From Armatimonadota bacterium (GTDB taxonomy: Bacteria; Armatimonadota; Hebobacteria; CAIYQO01), in the NCBI GenBank assembly GCA_038248345.1, contig JBBRXO010000007.1, positions 1 through 57,363 of the forward strand: a stretch of DNA of 57,363 nucleotides, written 5' to 3'. The translations under genes and the position numbers were made by a program. The notes below the pieces were generated by a model that saw only the letters and a list, made by a program, of their open reading frames with translations, had not been told where the DNA came from and made no database searches. Of this stretch, positions 38,870-48,371 are shown piece by piece; position 1 is the stretch's first letter, and each line of letters opens with the position of its first letter.

Positions 38870-41644
38870 TCAGCTACACCCACTAGTGCTCCCGCAGTTC
38901 ATACATTTGTAGCATGCGCCGTTGCGGACCATTATCTCACCGCAGGTGGGGCACGGGGGGGCGTCGGACTGGTTGTCGAAGCCGAGGGCGCCGTTGCCGT
39001 GCTGCCCCAGCATCACCGGGAAGAGCGTGCCGGTGCCGTCCTCGTCCTCATCTTTCAGATCCAGGATATCTGTGCTACTGACGTAGTGCGCGCTCATATC
39101 GCGCGGCATATAGCGTAGCGCCATCCAGCGGAAGATGTAGTCCACTACCGACTTGGCCATGGGGATATCTTTGTTGCCGGTCCAGCCGCTGGGCTCGAAG
39201 CGTGAATGGCTGAACTTATCTATCAGCGTGTTGAGTGGGACGCCGTATTGCAGCGCCATGCTGATGGCGATGGCGAAGGAGTCCATGAGACCGCTGACCA
39301 CCGACCCCTGCTTGGACATCTTCACGAAGATCTCGCCGGGGGTGCCGTCGTCATACTGGCCGACGGTGATGTAGCCCTCGTGCCCGGCGACGCTGAATTT
39401 GTGGGTGATGGCCTGGCGTTCCTCGGGCAGGCGGCGGCGGCGCACAACAGGCACCTCTACCGGGGCGACGGCGGTATCCGCTGTTGTAGCGACGGCTTTG
39501 CTGCCCAGTTTCACATTGAGCGGTTGCGTGCGTTTGCAGCCGTCGCGGTAGACGGCCACCGACTTCAGGCGCAGGCGCCAGGCTTCCACGTAGACATCGT
39601 AGATATCCTGCACGGTGGCCTCGTGCGGCATATTCACCGTCTTGCTGATAGCGCCGCTAAGGAATGGCTGCACGGCGGACATCATGCGCAGGTGACCCAT
39701 GTAATTGATGGTGCGCAGCCCGTTGGCAGGCTTGAAGGCGCAGTCGAAGACCGGCAGATGCTCTTCCTTCAGCCCGGCAGCGCCCTCGATGGTGTCATGC
39801 CCTTCAATGTAGAGGAGGATCTCGGATATCTGTGCTTCGGTGTAGCCAAGTTGCTGCAGCGCCGCGGGCACTGTCTGGTTGACGATTTTGAACATGCCAC
39901 CGCCGGAGAGCTTTTTGTACTTCACCAGCGCGATATCCGGCTCAATGCCGGTGGTGTCGCAGTCCATCATGAAGCCGATGGTGCCGGTGGGCGCGAGCAC
40001 GGTGACCTGCGCGTTGCGGTAGCCGTACTGTTCGCCCTTCGCCAACGCTTCATCCCATATCTGCCGCGCGGCCATGATCAGGTCGCGCACGCTGTTGAGG
40101 CGCTCGATGCGATCCACCATGGAGCGGTGCTTGCCGATGACGTGCAGGAACGGCTCGCGGTTCTTCATATAGTCGGCGAAGGTGCCCACGCGCGAGGCGA
40201 TCTCTGCCGAGGCCAGATACGCCTGCCCGGTGAGAATAGCGGTGATAGTGGCGGCCATGGCGCGCCCTTCATCGCTATCGTAGGGGAGGCCGTTGGACAT
40301 CAGCAGCGCGCCCAGGTTGGCGTAGCCCAGTCCCAGCGGGCGATAGCGCTTGCTGTTCTGCGTGATCTGCGTTGTCGGGTAGCCCGCGCGCTCAATGATG
40401 ATCTCCTGTGCCAGGATCATCAGCGTGATGGCGCGGCGGAAGGAGGGGATGTCGATGTCGCCGTTCGGCTTGCGGAACTTCATCAGGTTGAGCGAAGCCA
40501 GGTTGCAGGCGCTATCATCAAGGAACATATATTCGGAGCACGGGTTGCTGGCGTTGATGCGGCCGCTTTCCGGGCAGGTATGCCATTCGTTGATGGTAGT
40601 GTCGTACTGGATGCCCGGGTCGCCGCACAGGTGGGTAGCAGCGGCAACTTCTTTCAGCAGTTCCTGTGCCTTCATCGTTTCCGTCGGCACCTTGCCCACG
40701 ACGGAGAGCGTCTGCCACTCGCGGTCGCGAATGACGGCGTCCATGAAGTCGTCGGTCACACGCACGCTGTTATTGGAGTTCTGGAACATCACCGAGTCAT
40801 AAGCCTCGCCGCCGAAGGAGCCGTCGTAACCGGCGTCAATGAGCGCCCACGCTTTCTTCTCTTCGTGCGCTTTGCAATTGATGAACTCGCGGATATCCGG
40901 GTGCTCGACATCAAGGATAACCATTTTGGCGGCGCGGCGCGTGCGCCCACCGGATTTGATGACGCCGGCGAAGGAGTCAAACCCGCGCATAAAGGAGACC
41001 GGCCCGGAGGCGAAGCCGCCGCTGGAGAGCTTCTCTTTGCTGGAGCGCAATGAAGAGAAGTTAGTGCCGGTGCCGGAGCCGAATTTGAAGAGCATCCCCT
41101 CGGTACGGGCCAGCCCCAGGATGGAATCCATGGTGTCATCCACCGCATTGATGAAGCAGGCGGAGCATTGTGGGGTCTCATCGACGCCGACATTGAACCA
41201 CACCGGGCTGTTGAAGGCGGCCTTCTGGTAGAGCACCAGGTGCGCCAGCTCCTCGGCAAAGATGGTGGCCTCTTGCTGCGTCTGGAAGTAGCCGTCCTCC
41301 AGCCCCCAGGCGCTGATGGTATCTACCACGCGGTTAATGAGGGTGCGCAGGCTTTTCTCGCGCTCCTGCTGCCCTTTGCCGATGCGGAAATATTTGGAGA
41401 TCACCACGTTCCCCGCCGTCGCCGACCAGAAATCAGGCATCTCCACGTCATGTGCCTCGAAGATCACCTCGCCGTTCTCGGCGGTGATACTGGCATATCG
41501 ATGCTCCCATGTTACCTCATCGTAAGGGTGTATCCCTTCGGTAGTAAAATACCGGGTCATCCGAAATGCCCCCGTCTGGCTCGCGCCAAATAGTCCGCCA
41601 TTACTCATCTGCTGGTCCTCCACAGAGGTGTCAATATTACTCAT
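38870..41644 (-). CDS. nrdJ: Class II (B12-dependent) ribonucleotide reductase
   Basis: FNSPVWFN, SACFI, GGRTRRAAKM, SNPCSEY, ACNLASLN, APTGTI, ISKTVN, YRDG, TSCPD-like domain, C-terminal CxxC..CxxC..GCS. Confidence 0.96.
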   Translation of the reverse strand: MSNIDTSVEDQQMSNGGLFGASQTGAFRMTRYFTTEGIHPYDEVTWEHRYASITAENGEVIFEAHDVEMPDFWSATAGNVVISKYFRIGKGQQEREKSLRTLINRVVDTISAWGLEDGYFQTQQEATIFAEELAHLVLYQKAAFNSPVWFNVGVDETPQCSACFINAVDDTMDSILGLARTEGMLFKFGSGTGTNFSSLRSSKEKLSSGGFASGPVSFMRGFDSFAGVIKSGGRTRRAAKMVILDVEHPDIREFINCKAHEEKKAWALIDAGYDGSFGGEAYDSVMFQNSNNSVRVTDDFMDAVIRDREWQTLSVVGKVPTETMKAQELLKEVAAATHLCGDPGIQYDTTINEWHTCPESGRINASNPCSEYMFLDDSACNLASLNLMKFRKPNGDIDIPSFRRAITLMILAQEIIIERAGYPTTQITQNSKRYRPLGLGYANLGALLMSNGLPYDSDEGRAMAATITAILTGQAYLASAEIASRVGTFADYMKNREPFLHVIGKHRSMVDRIERLNSVRDLIMAARQIWDEALAKGEQYGYRNAQVTVLAPTGTIGFMMDCDTTGIEPDIALVKYKKLSGGGMFKIVNQTVPAALQQLGYTEAQISEILLYIEGHDTIEGAAGLKEEHLPVFDCAFKPANGLRTINYMGHLRMMSAVQPFLSGAISKTVNMPHEATVQDIYDVYVEAWRLRLKSVAVYRDGCKRTQPLNVKLGSKAVATTADTAVAPVEVPVVRRRRLPEERQAITHKFSVAGHEGYITVGQYDDGTPGEIFVKMSKQGSVVSGLMDSFAIAISMALQYGVPLNTLIDKFSHSRFEPSGWTGNKDIPMAKSVVDYIFRWMALRYMPRDMSAHYVSSTDILDLKDEDEDGTGTLFPVMLGQHGNGALGFDNQSDAPPCPTCGEIMVRNGACYKCMNCGSTSGCS

Positions 41645-41712
41645 TGGAATGTCCTTACACTACAAAAATAAAAACAGGGAAACTGTTGGTCAGTGGGAAT
41701 TAGCTGAAGAAA

Positions 41713-42213
41713 CTAACCGTCGAAGAGCGAGCGCTGTTCTTCATCGATGCGCTCCTGGCGGCTTTGCGCCACCATGCGCTCGGTCTCTTCCACATAGGAG
41801 CGCAGGTCTTTAAACTCGCGATATACCGAGGCGAACCGGATATAGGCTACCTCATCGATATCACGCAAGCGCCGTAGCACCATATCACCGAGGAAAGAGG
41901 TGCGTACTTCATCTTTGAGGGCGTCGCGCAAGGTGCGCTCGATATCGTAGCAGAGTTCATCAATTTTTTCGCGACTAATGGGGCGTTTCTCGCTGGCTTT
42001 GGTCAGGCCATAAAGCAGTTTAGCCCGATCGAAAGGTTCGCGTCGCCCGTCTTTTTTGATGACGTATAACTGCGGTTCTTCGTGACGTTCGTAGGTGGTG
42101 AAACGGCGCCGACAATCCTGACATTCGCGGCGTCGGCGAATGGTGGCCTGCTCTTCGCTGGTGCGTGTTTCAATCACCCGGGTATCTTCAATTTGGCAAT
42201 ACGGACAGCGCAT
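41713..42213 (-). CDS. nrdR: Transcriptional repressor NrdR
   Basis: MRCPYC..RRRRECQDC.RRFTTYE, ATP cone VIKKDGRREPF, VAYIRFASVY. Confidence 0.98.
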   Translation of the reverse strand: MRCPYCQIEDTRVIETRTSEEQATIRRRRECQDCRRRFTTYERHEEPQLYVIKKDGRREPFDRAKLLYGLTKASEKRPISREKIDELCYDIERTLRDALKDEVRTSFLGDMVLRRLRDIDEVAYIRFASVYREFKDLRSYVEETERMVAQSRQERIDEEQRSLFDG

Positions 42214-42255
42214 AGTAATCTCCACCTACAAGCTCACAGGAAAGTCAACGAGAAT

Positions 42256-42320
42256 ATACTACTCCACTAGTACTAGTGTGTCAATACGTTTTTTCATAAA
42301 TTTTACACCATAGTTAGCGT
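42256..42320 (-). promoter_or_regulatory. nrdR-nrdJ promoter with tandem NrdR boxes
   Basis: Minus strand TTGACA-17 bp-TAGTAT; boxes CCACTAGTACTAGTGT (42264) and ACACCATAGTTAGCGT (42305), 41 bp apart, resembling acaCwAtATaTwGtgt. Confidence 0.75.
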
Positions 42321-42376
42321 GATATTAAGTGGGAATAGTAATCGTTTCATTTCTTTTTTGGCAATATTTGGGCAAG

Positions 42377-42405
42377 AAAAAGCCCGGCGAGATACTCGCC
42401 GGGCT
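42377..42405 (-). terminator. Rho-independent terminator of the ECF cluster
   Basis: GCCCGGCGAG-tat-CTCGCCGGGC followed by TTTTT on the minus strand. Confidence 0.85.
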
Positions 42406-42429
42406 CCCAGGGGGAAAGTTACATTTCGC

Positions 42430-43464
42430 TTAATTAGTGGGCAACATTGCGATAGCGTTGGCGGGCAATGGCGCCAGGTAGAATTCGATAGCTGGCTGAT
42501 ATAAACGACAATCACCATCGCCGGGGAAGCTGATATTGATCCCTTCAATGCCAGCGTTGGCAAGGACGGTAATCTGCTGGATCGATAGGACATCCAGCTT
42601 GTTTGCGGGGTTCATAGTCACCTTCGCGCGGATCTTCTGGCCCGGCTGCAGCTCGGTGATGGCGAGGGGCAGGCGCTGCACGACACCGTACTGACGCGAG
42701 GTAATGACCTTCACTTTCTGCTCTACGGGCTGATCTTTCGCATTTACCTGCAATACCAGCGGATCAATACTTACTACGTCTCCCACGATTTCGCAGAAAA
42801 CACGTGGCGCTGTTCTAGGGGTAGCGTCCGACTGCGTGAGCTGTACTTTTAGTGGTACATCATTGCTCACTACATTGGCGTCGCGTATGACGGTAACACT
42901 GTCTGGTAGGACTATAGTAGCCGGATCAGCCCTGCCCGCTGGAGTGGTATTCGCCTCGAAACGTCCCGCAATGCGCAGCCGTTGTCCGAGGATGAGTTGT
43001 GCGAATGGCAACCGCTTGACTGCCTCGATCGGCACTAGTGGATTGTCTATGGAGGTAATTGTCTCTTCAGATTCACGCCAACGCAGCATATCGCCGGCGA
43101 ATTGACGCATTTTGCGTATTGATTCTAAGACTTTTTGCGGCATTGGCACATTACGGGTTCTCCATTCTGTTTCCAGGTCATCCGCTTGCTTCTGTAGCTG
43201 GGCGGCTTGTTGTGCCATTTCATCGGGCACTTTCCCTGGTGCATTTGGGTTCTCCGCTTGTATGAGCAACTTCAGCGTCACCGTGGTTATCGGCGCTTTG
43301 GAATTATTGGCATTTGCGGTGGCCTTATTGTCGACAATTTTTCCGTACAGGTGGTCACCTGCATTGTTGGCGTCGTTCTTGCCAGCGCCCTCGGGCCGCT
43401 GCGCCAAGGCGAACGTGCTAAACACCACACATAGTATCATCATTATCCATAATTGGTATCTCAT
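42430..43464 (-). CDS. Hypothetical secreted protein
   Basis: Signal peptide ending ALA; GAGG RBS; third gene of the ECF cluster. Confidence 0.7.
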   Translation of the reverse strand: MRYQLWIMMILCVVFSTFALAQRPEGAGKNDANNAGDHLYGKIVDNKATANANNSKAPITTVTLKLLIQAENPNAPGKVPDEMAQQAAQLQKQADDLETEWRTRNVPMPQKVLESIRKMRQFAGDMLRWRESEETITSIDNPLVPIEAVKRLPFAQLILGQRLRIAGRFEANTTPAGRADPATIVLPDSVTVIRDANVVSNDVPLKVQLTQSDATPRTAPRVFCEIVGDVVSIDPLVLQVNAKDQPVEQKVKVITSRQYGVVQRLPLAITELQPGQKIRAKVTMNPANKLDVLSIQQITVLANAGIEGINISFPGDGDCRLYQPAIEFYLAPLPANAIAMLPTN

Positions 43465-43487
43465 TGTTTTCCTCTTATCTTTCTCCG

Positions 43488-44180
43488 CTAGAGCATCATC
43501 GTGGCGGCATCTTCCGTCAATAGGCGGGCAATAGCCAGGGCTGTATCTGGATCAGCATCCTGCATTTGTTTCATCTCCATCGCGCGCAAAGCGCCTTCTG
43601 TATCACCCACAGCAATACAGGCGCTGGCCAGCTCAGCTAGTCCACTAGCGCTGATTGCAGTATCTTCTACTGAATTTGCCGGTGCGGCGATTACTTCACG
43701 ATTGAGGTCATTTCGGTTATTCGTGTCATGCTCTTGTACTGGCGATTTCTCGACTGTTTTCTTAGTAGTCCGCGCCTTCCGTTGCGGTGGTACTACGTTA
43801 TCCGCCACAGCCACGACCTCTGGGGCTGATGGCGCTACAATCGGTGCTATTACCGGCTGTGGGGCGGGCACGGGCGCAGGGTTTGATACTGGCGGGCGCT
43901 TCACCAACTGCTCGGATTTGGGCGCTACAGTATGCGTAGCGATGAACATTGTCACCGCCAGGCCACCTACCGCCAATGCTCCGCCAGCCCAGGCTAAGCG
44001 GGGCCACCAGCCACGCGCCAGCACGGGCGATTGTTTGCCGGCCAACACTCGGCGCATGATGCGCTCGGAGCGCGCCGGGTCTGGTAGCAGCGCCGGGTCA
44101 TCGTTATAGGTATCACGGAGCAAATCCCGCAATGTATCATCGCGTAAATCCATCGATAATTTTTTCATTTTTTCTGTCAT
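43488..44180 (-). CDS. Putative anti-sigma factor (single TM, Pro-rich linker, TPR-like tail)
   Basis: Directly follows the ECF sigma gene; one central TM segment. Confidence 0.6.
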   Translation of the reverse strand: MTEKMKKLSMDLRDDTLRDLLRDTYNDDPALLPDPARSERIMRRVLAGKQSPVLARGWWPRLAWAGGALAVGGLAVTMFIATHTVAPKSEQLVKRPPVSNPAPVPAPQPVIAPIVAPSAPEVVAVADNVVPPQRKARTTKKTVEKSPVQEHDTNNRNDLNREVIAAPANSVEDTAISASGLAELASACIAVGDTEGALRAMEMKQMQDADPDTALAIARLLTEDAATMML

Positions 44181-44181
44181 C

Positions 44182-44763
44182 TTAGCCCTCCTTCCCGAGG
44201 GGTACCGTCCAGCCATCGCCGAGCTCCAACTCTACCATAGCCCTCAAGCGGTGCCGGGCGCGGTGGATGCGGCTTTTCGCGCCGGCCAATCCACAACCCA
44301 GTACATCTGCGATCTCATCCAGTGAGCGCTCTTCCAGATAAAACATCAGTACCGCTGTCCGCTCTGGTAACGTCAGCCGTTCCATACAGCGCCGTACCAC
44401 CTCCTGGCGGCTGCGCATAATAACTTCATCTTCCGGCGTAGGTTTGGTGCCGGGCACTTCCCGCGCCTCGTCCAACTCTACCGTTGGCCGGGTACTACGC
44501 TTGCGGAGCAGCGAAATCGCCAGGTTATTCGCCACACGCAAAAGCCAGTATACAATCGACGGTTCCGCACGCAGATCTTTCAGGTGCTCGTAAGCACGCA
44601 TGAACGTCTCCGCGCTGAGATCCTCCGCCTCAGCACTGTTGTTCACCAGGCGATAACAATGAGCGTAAACACGCTGCTGGTGCATCTTCACCAGCTCTTC
44701 AAAAGCTACCTGTTCTCCGCGTTGCGCCCTCGCCAGCAGTCGACTCTCCGAAGAGTCAATCAC
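44182..44763 (-). CDS. ECF RNA polymerase sigma factor
   Basis: AFEELV, AEDLSAETF, WLLRVANN, SLDEIADVLG..KSRIHRAR. Confidence 0.95.
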   Translation of the reverse strand: MIDSSESRLLARAQRGEQVAFEELVKMHQQRVYAHCYRLVNNSAEAEDLSAETFMRAYEHLKDLRAEPSIVYWLLRVANNLAISLLRKRSTRPTVELDEAREVPGTKPTPEDEVIMRSRQEVVRRCMERLTLPERTAVLMFYLEERSLDEIADVLGCGLAGAKSRIHRARHRLRAMVELELGDGWTVPLGKEG

Positions 44764-44883
44764 TAATACCGCCCTTCCCTGTAAAAGAATATACGCCCAT
44801 TATATAGAAAAGTTGCAGTGAAGCGCAGCAACATGGGTTGATTGCTCGCATTTTTCGTGACATTTGTGCTTATTGTGGTCATT

Positions 44884-46392
44884 TTATCCGTCTCCAGGAA
44901 TAACCAGCACGGGGATAGTATCGTGCCGTTCTGTGACCCACGGGGTGGTGTAGCGCAGCTCTATCACCCAACGGGCCATGATATTGCTACTGCGGAAACT
45001 CACCGGGACGGTGGCGGGTAGGTTGATGTTGACCTCTGTGGATAACGGTTGCTCGGCTTGCCAGCCTTGCGGGAAGCAATTAACGGTTGCTACGCTCAGT
45101 TTTTCCCAGTTGGATTCCGCGCCAACATTGCATTTCAATTCCATTATCAGATGGCTGTTCGCTTTTGATTGGGTCTTCGGATTGATGGTGACGATCATCT
45201 TTACCGGTTTGCCAACAGCCATCGCGGGCACATCGCTGGCTCCGCGGCTAGCTTGCAGGGTCAACTTCACCCCCAGATCGCTGATGTTACTGAGTTGGAA
45301 GGTCACCGGCAGCACCGGCGGATTAGTAATCCCTTGCCGTTTGGCGAGCACCTGCACTGGCAGCTCTTTTTTGATATCAGGGTACCAACCGGGGATGCTA
45401 ACCGCAAACGTCAACTCCCAGCGGACTTGATTCTCACTCATCTTAAAAGTAGGTATGCCATCGGTGGGGATATGGATACTGGTGTGCCCGGTCATCATTT
45501 TGCCGGCGGCCCAACGGGTGCCAGCCTCCAGCTGTACCTTAGTGCTGTAGATAACTTCCGTCTGTTTCTGGTTTTTCGCTTTGTGATCAACGCTTTCGAC
45601 GATAGCGCGCAATTCCAGGGTAGCCTCGGTTATCGGCAACTCCTTGAGTACCGCCAGGCGGATGTCGACGCCCAGATCACCATTAAGCGCTACCGGGCCG
45701 GAAATCGCCAACGTGACGCTGTTGATAGCCGCCACCGAAATCGCCTTGCGAATAGCCAGCGTCCCGAGGAGGGTAAATAGCGCCAACATGAGGAAGGAAA
45801 AGAACGTCCCCCCACTGAGAGCGCTTAATGCAATGAGTATGGCGATGACGCCCGTTATCCAGAAGGCGCCCGACTGCATCCGCGCCGATGACATCTCCTC
45901 AGGGGTAAGCGCACGCCCGGGGGTGAAGGTGGCAGCGCCCTCTGTGATATTAGTTGCGGGCAGCGGCGGCTTAGGAGGAGCTGGTCTGGTATACGACGGC
46001 GGCGGGGGCACGGGGGCGACGAATACCGGAGGTGGGGCCGGCGCGCGGTCTTGCACCGACGTCACCTGCCGCACCACCTCCGCCAATGCGGCGGCTTTTG
46101 CCTCCGGCGTGGGGGCTGTGGGCATACCCGCTGGCGCCACCACGTCGGGCATCTCAATGCCCGGCATCATGCTACTCGTGGGCATGGCCGTGGTGGGGGT
46201 AAAGATATCCGGCAGCGTGATATCTGGCATCACCGTGCTGGGGGAATAAACCGTTGTGTACGGGATGGGGCCGGGAACTTCTTGCGCCGTCCCCTCCGGC
46301 GGGGCAGGTACCAGCGACACCATGCAATTACCACACATGGAGCGGATATCGCTTTCCTCATATTTAGTACCACACTTTGGACATACTCGCAT
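44884..46392 (-). CDS. Hypothetical membrane protein (Zn ribbon, Pro-rich linker, 2 TM, two arrestin/SpoOM-like beta-sandwiches)
   Basis: CPKC..CGNC; TM hairpin; repeated IP...P(T/S)F..W.(L/I) motifs. Confidence 0.65.
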   Translation of the reverse strand: MRVCPKCGTKYEESDIRSMCGNCMVSLVPAPPEGTAQEVPGPIPYTTVYSPSTVMPDITLPDIFTPTTAMPTSSMMPGIEMPDVVAPAGMPTAPTPEAKAAALAEVVRQVTSVQDRAPAPPPVFVAPVPPPPSYTRPAPPKPPLPATNITEGAATFTPGRALTPEEMSSARMQSGAFWITGVIAILIALSALSGGTFFSFLMLALFTLLGTLAIRKAISVAAINSVTLAISGPVALNGDLGVDIRLAVLKELPITEATLELRAIVESVDHKAKNQKQTEVIYSTKVQLEAGTRWAAGKMMTGHTSIHIPTDGIPTFKMSENQVRWELTFAVSIPGWYPDIKKELPVQVLAKRQGITNPPVLPVTFQLSNISDLGVKLTLQASRGASDVPAMAVGKPVKMIVTINPKTQSKANSHLIMELKCNVGAESNWEKLSVATVNCFPQGWQAEQPLSTEVNINLPATVPVSFRSSNIMARWVIELRYTTPWVTERHDTIPVLVIPGDG

Positions 46393-46480
46393 GATGGTAT
46401 TTATTCGCTATAGATTAGCGAATTCCTGCAACATCTTTGATATCGAGCTATGAAAAATACGTATCGGTATTTACGCCACA

Positions 46481-46724
46481 CTCTAAATGAGATAAACTTA
46501 CTCGTGTATAAGGATGCCGTTTTTCTGACAACCGTCAATTCCGGCCTGGCCGTGAACGACCAGGCTAGAGGGCCTTTGGCCCATCGCCCTCCGGGCGGGA
46601 CGGTCAAGGTTAAGCCGTCCCGTCCGAAGGACGATCGGCGTAGCCCATTAGCCCAGTCGTTCACGGCTGGGCAAAAAGGGGAGATACTCTAAAAACGATA
46701 CTCCTTACTCGTGTATAGGGATGC
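46481..46724. repeat. REPIN-like hairpin (46544-46672) flanked by imperfect direct repeats
   Basis: CTTACTCGTGTATA(A/G)GGATGC at 46497 and 46704; nested inverted arms between them. Confidence 0.8.
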
Positions 46725-46728
46725 ATAT

Positions 46729-47817
46729 ATGAACAACAAAGAAATATACACTTTTGATGAAGCATTGGCGGGCGCCCGGGCGGGGGTGACCCCAGCGGTG
46801 GCGTGGCTGGTGCCGTTACTCGACTGCTCTGAGGCGGATGCCCCACTGCTTTTCGCGGCGGCGAATGAAGTACGGGCGGCGAGCGTGGGGGATGATATCC
46901 ACCTGCGTGGGTTGATCGAGTTCAGCAACATCTGCCGTAAAGATTGCGCTTACTGCGGCATACAGCGCAGCAACAGTAACGTGGAACGTTACCGCTTGAG
47001 TGTGGAGACGATCATCCGCACCGCGCAGGAGGCGGAGGAGCTGGGCTATCGTTCGGTAGTGCTGCAGTCTGGTGAAGACATGTGGTTCACGCCGGAGCGG
47101 CTGGCGGAGGTGATCCGCGGCATCAAAGAGAGCACCGACCTGGCGATTACCCTCAGCGTAGGCGAGCGCGACTACGATACTTACAAACTCTGGTATGAGG
47201 CAGGGGCTGATCGCTATCTGCTGCGCATTGAGACCACTAATCCCGCGCTATTCGCCGCGCTGCACCCGGATGATAACCTGGAGGCGCGCAAGCGCTGCCT
47301 GTATGACCTGAAGGCGCTGGGCTACCAGCTGGGCAGTGGTGTAATGACGGGGTTGCCCGGGCAGACGCCGGAGATGCTGGCGCGTGATGTCATCTGGCTA
47401 CATGAGCTGGGTGCGGAGATGATCGGGGTGGGGCCGTTCATCCCGCACCCAGAGACCCCGCTGGCGGAGGCGACTGGCGGCACGGTGGCGGCGACGCTGC
47501 GCCTGGTGGCGGTGTTGCGGCTGGTCTTCCCAGATGCACATCTGCCCGCCACCACCGCCATGGGCAGCCTGGACCCGCTGGGGCGCGAGGCGGCGCTGCA
47601 GGCAGGGGCCAATGTGATGATGCCCAACGTCACCCCCACCGAGACGCGCCCGAAATACGAAATCTACCCCGGCAAAATCTGCCTCAGCGACGACGCTCGC
47701 CACTGCCGCGGCTGCATCACTATGCGCATCGAAAGCATCGGCAGAAAAATCGGCCCCGATCGGGGGGATGTGAAGCGGGAGCGGGATGAGAAAAATGGTG
47801 GGGAATTTAGTCGCTAG
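46729..47817 (+). CDS. hydE: [FeFe]-hydrogenase maturase HydE (radical SAM, BioB-like)
   Basis: LRGLIEFSNICRKDCAYCG, LQSGED, GADRYLLRIET, GPFIPHPETP, PATTA, GANVMMPN, YEIYPGK. Confidence 0.88.
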   Translation: MNNKEIYTFDEALAGARAGVTPAVAWLVPLLDCSEADAPLLFAAANEVRAASVGDDIHLRGLIEFSNICRKDCAYCGIQRSNSNVERYRLSVETIIRTAQEAEELGYRSVVLQSGEDMWFTPERLAEVIRGIKESTDLAITLSVGERDYDTYKLWYEAGADRYLLRIETTNPALFAALHPDDNLEARKRCLYDLKALGYQLGSGVMTGLPGQTPEMLARDVIWLHELGAEMIGVGPFIPHPETPLAEATGGTVAATLRLVAVLRLVFPDAHLPATTAMGSLDPLGREAALQAGANVMMPNVTPTETRPKYEIYPGKICLSDDARHCRGCITMRIESIGRKIGPDRGDVKRERDEKNGGEFSR

Positions 47818-47848
47818 TCGCTAGTCGCTAGTCACTCTGAATGGTGTT

Positions 47849-48058
47849 ATGGTGAAAGAAGACGATATCCTTAAGAATTATTCTGTAACAACGAAAAATG
47901 TCGGTGAATGGTGGATCGGCTGGATCGAAGAGGTGCCGGGAGTTAACTGTCAGGAAAATACTTATGAGGAACTGCTGGAAAGCCTGCGGGTAACTATGGT
48001 GGAGGCAAACCAGCTATTAGATCAAGCCATACCTGCTTATGGAAATCATATCCATTAG
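47849..48058 (+). CDS. HicB-family antitoxin-like protein (short, no partner)
   Basis: WWIGWIEEVPGVNCQE.T.EELLESL motif. Confidence 0.75.
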   Translation: MVKEDDILKNYSVTTKNVGEWWIGWIEEVPGVNCQENTYEELLESLRVTMVEANQLLDQAIPAYGNHIH

Positions 48059-48098
48059 CGCCCTGAAAGGTGCTGGAATCTAAGCGGTTTGGGAGGAA

Positions 48099-48305
48099 TT
48101 GCCCCGAAGGGGCAAAGGAATTTAGCCACGGGTGCAGCGGCTCCGAGTGTAGCGAGGAGCGCGCGGAACCCGTGGTATGGGTTATTAAAAAAAGATTATC
48201 CGCCCGAAGGTGGCGGAAAGAAAAACCATTTCTTTACGCCCCCTTCGGGGCGGATAATTATGAAAGAGATCAGACGCCACGCAGCCGGGACTTTAGTCCC
48301 AGCGA
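48099..48305. repeat. REP/REPIN-like palindrome cluster including a family A variant
   Basis: GCCCCGAAGGGGC; IR ATTATCCGCCCGAAGG../..CCTTCGGGGCGGATAAT; GGGACTTTAGTCCC. Confidence 0.75.
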
Positions 48306-48371
48306 GCTATCGGCCGGGTGAGGTTTCGACCGGGTGGAACAGTCCCCAATGAGCTCCGTTTTACGGTCACA

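Noticed and set aside
39206..41053. 615-aa plus-strand ORF
   Set aside because: Antisense shadow of the GC-rich nrdJ; no motifs.
46729..47817. PylB call that would explain the murD TAG
   Set aside because: The motifs match HydE, and there is no pylS/C/D/T in the window.
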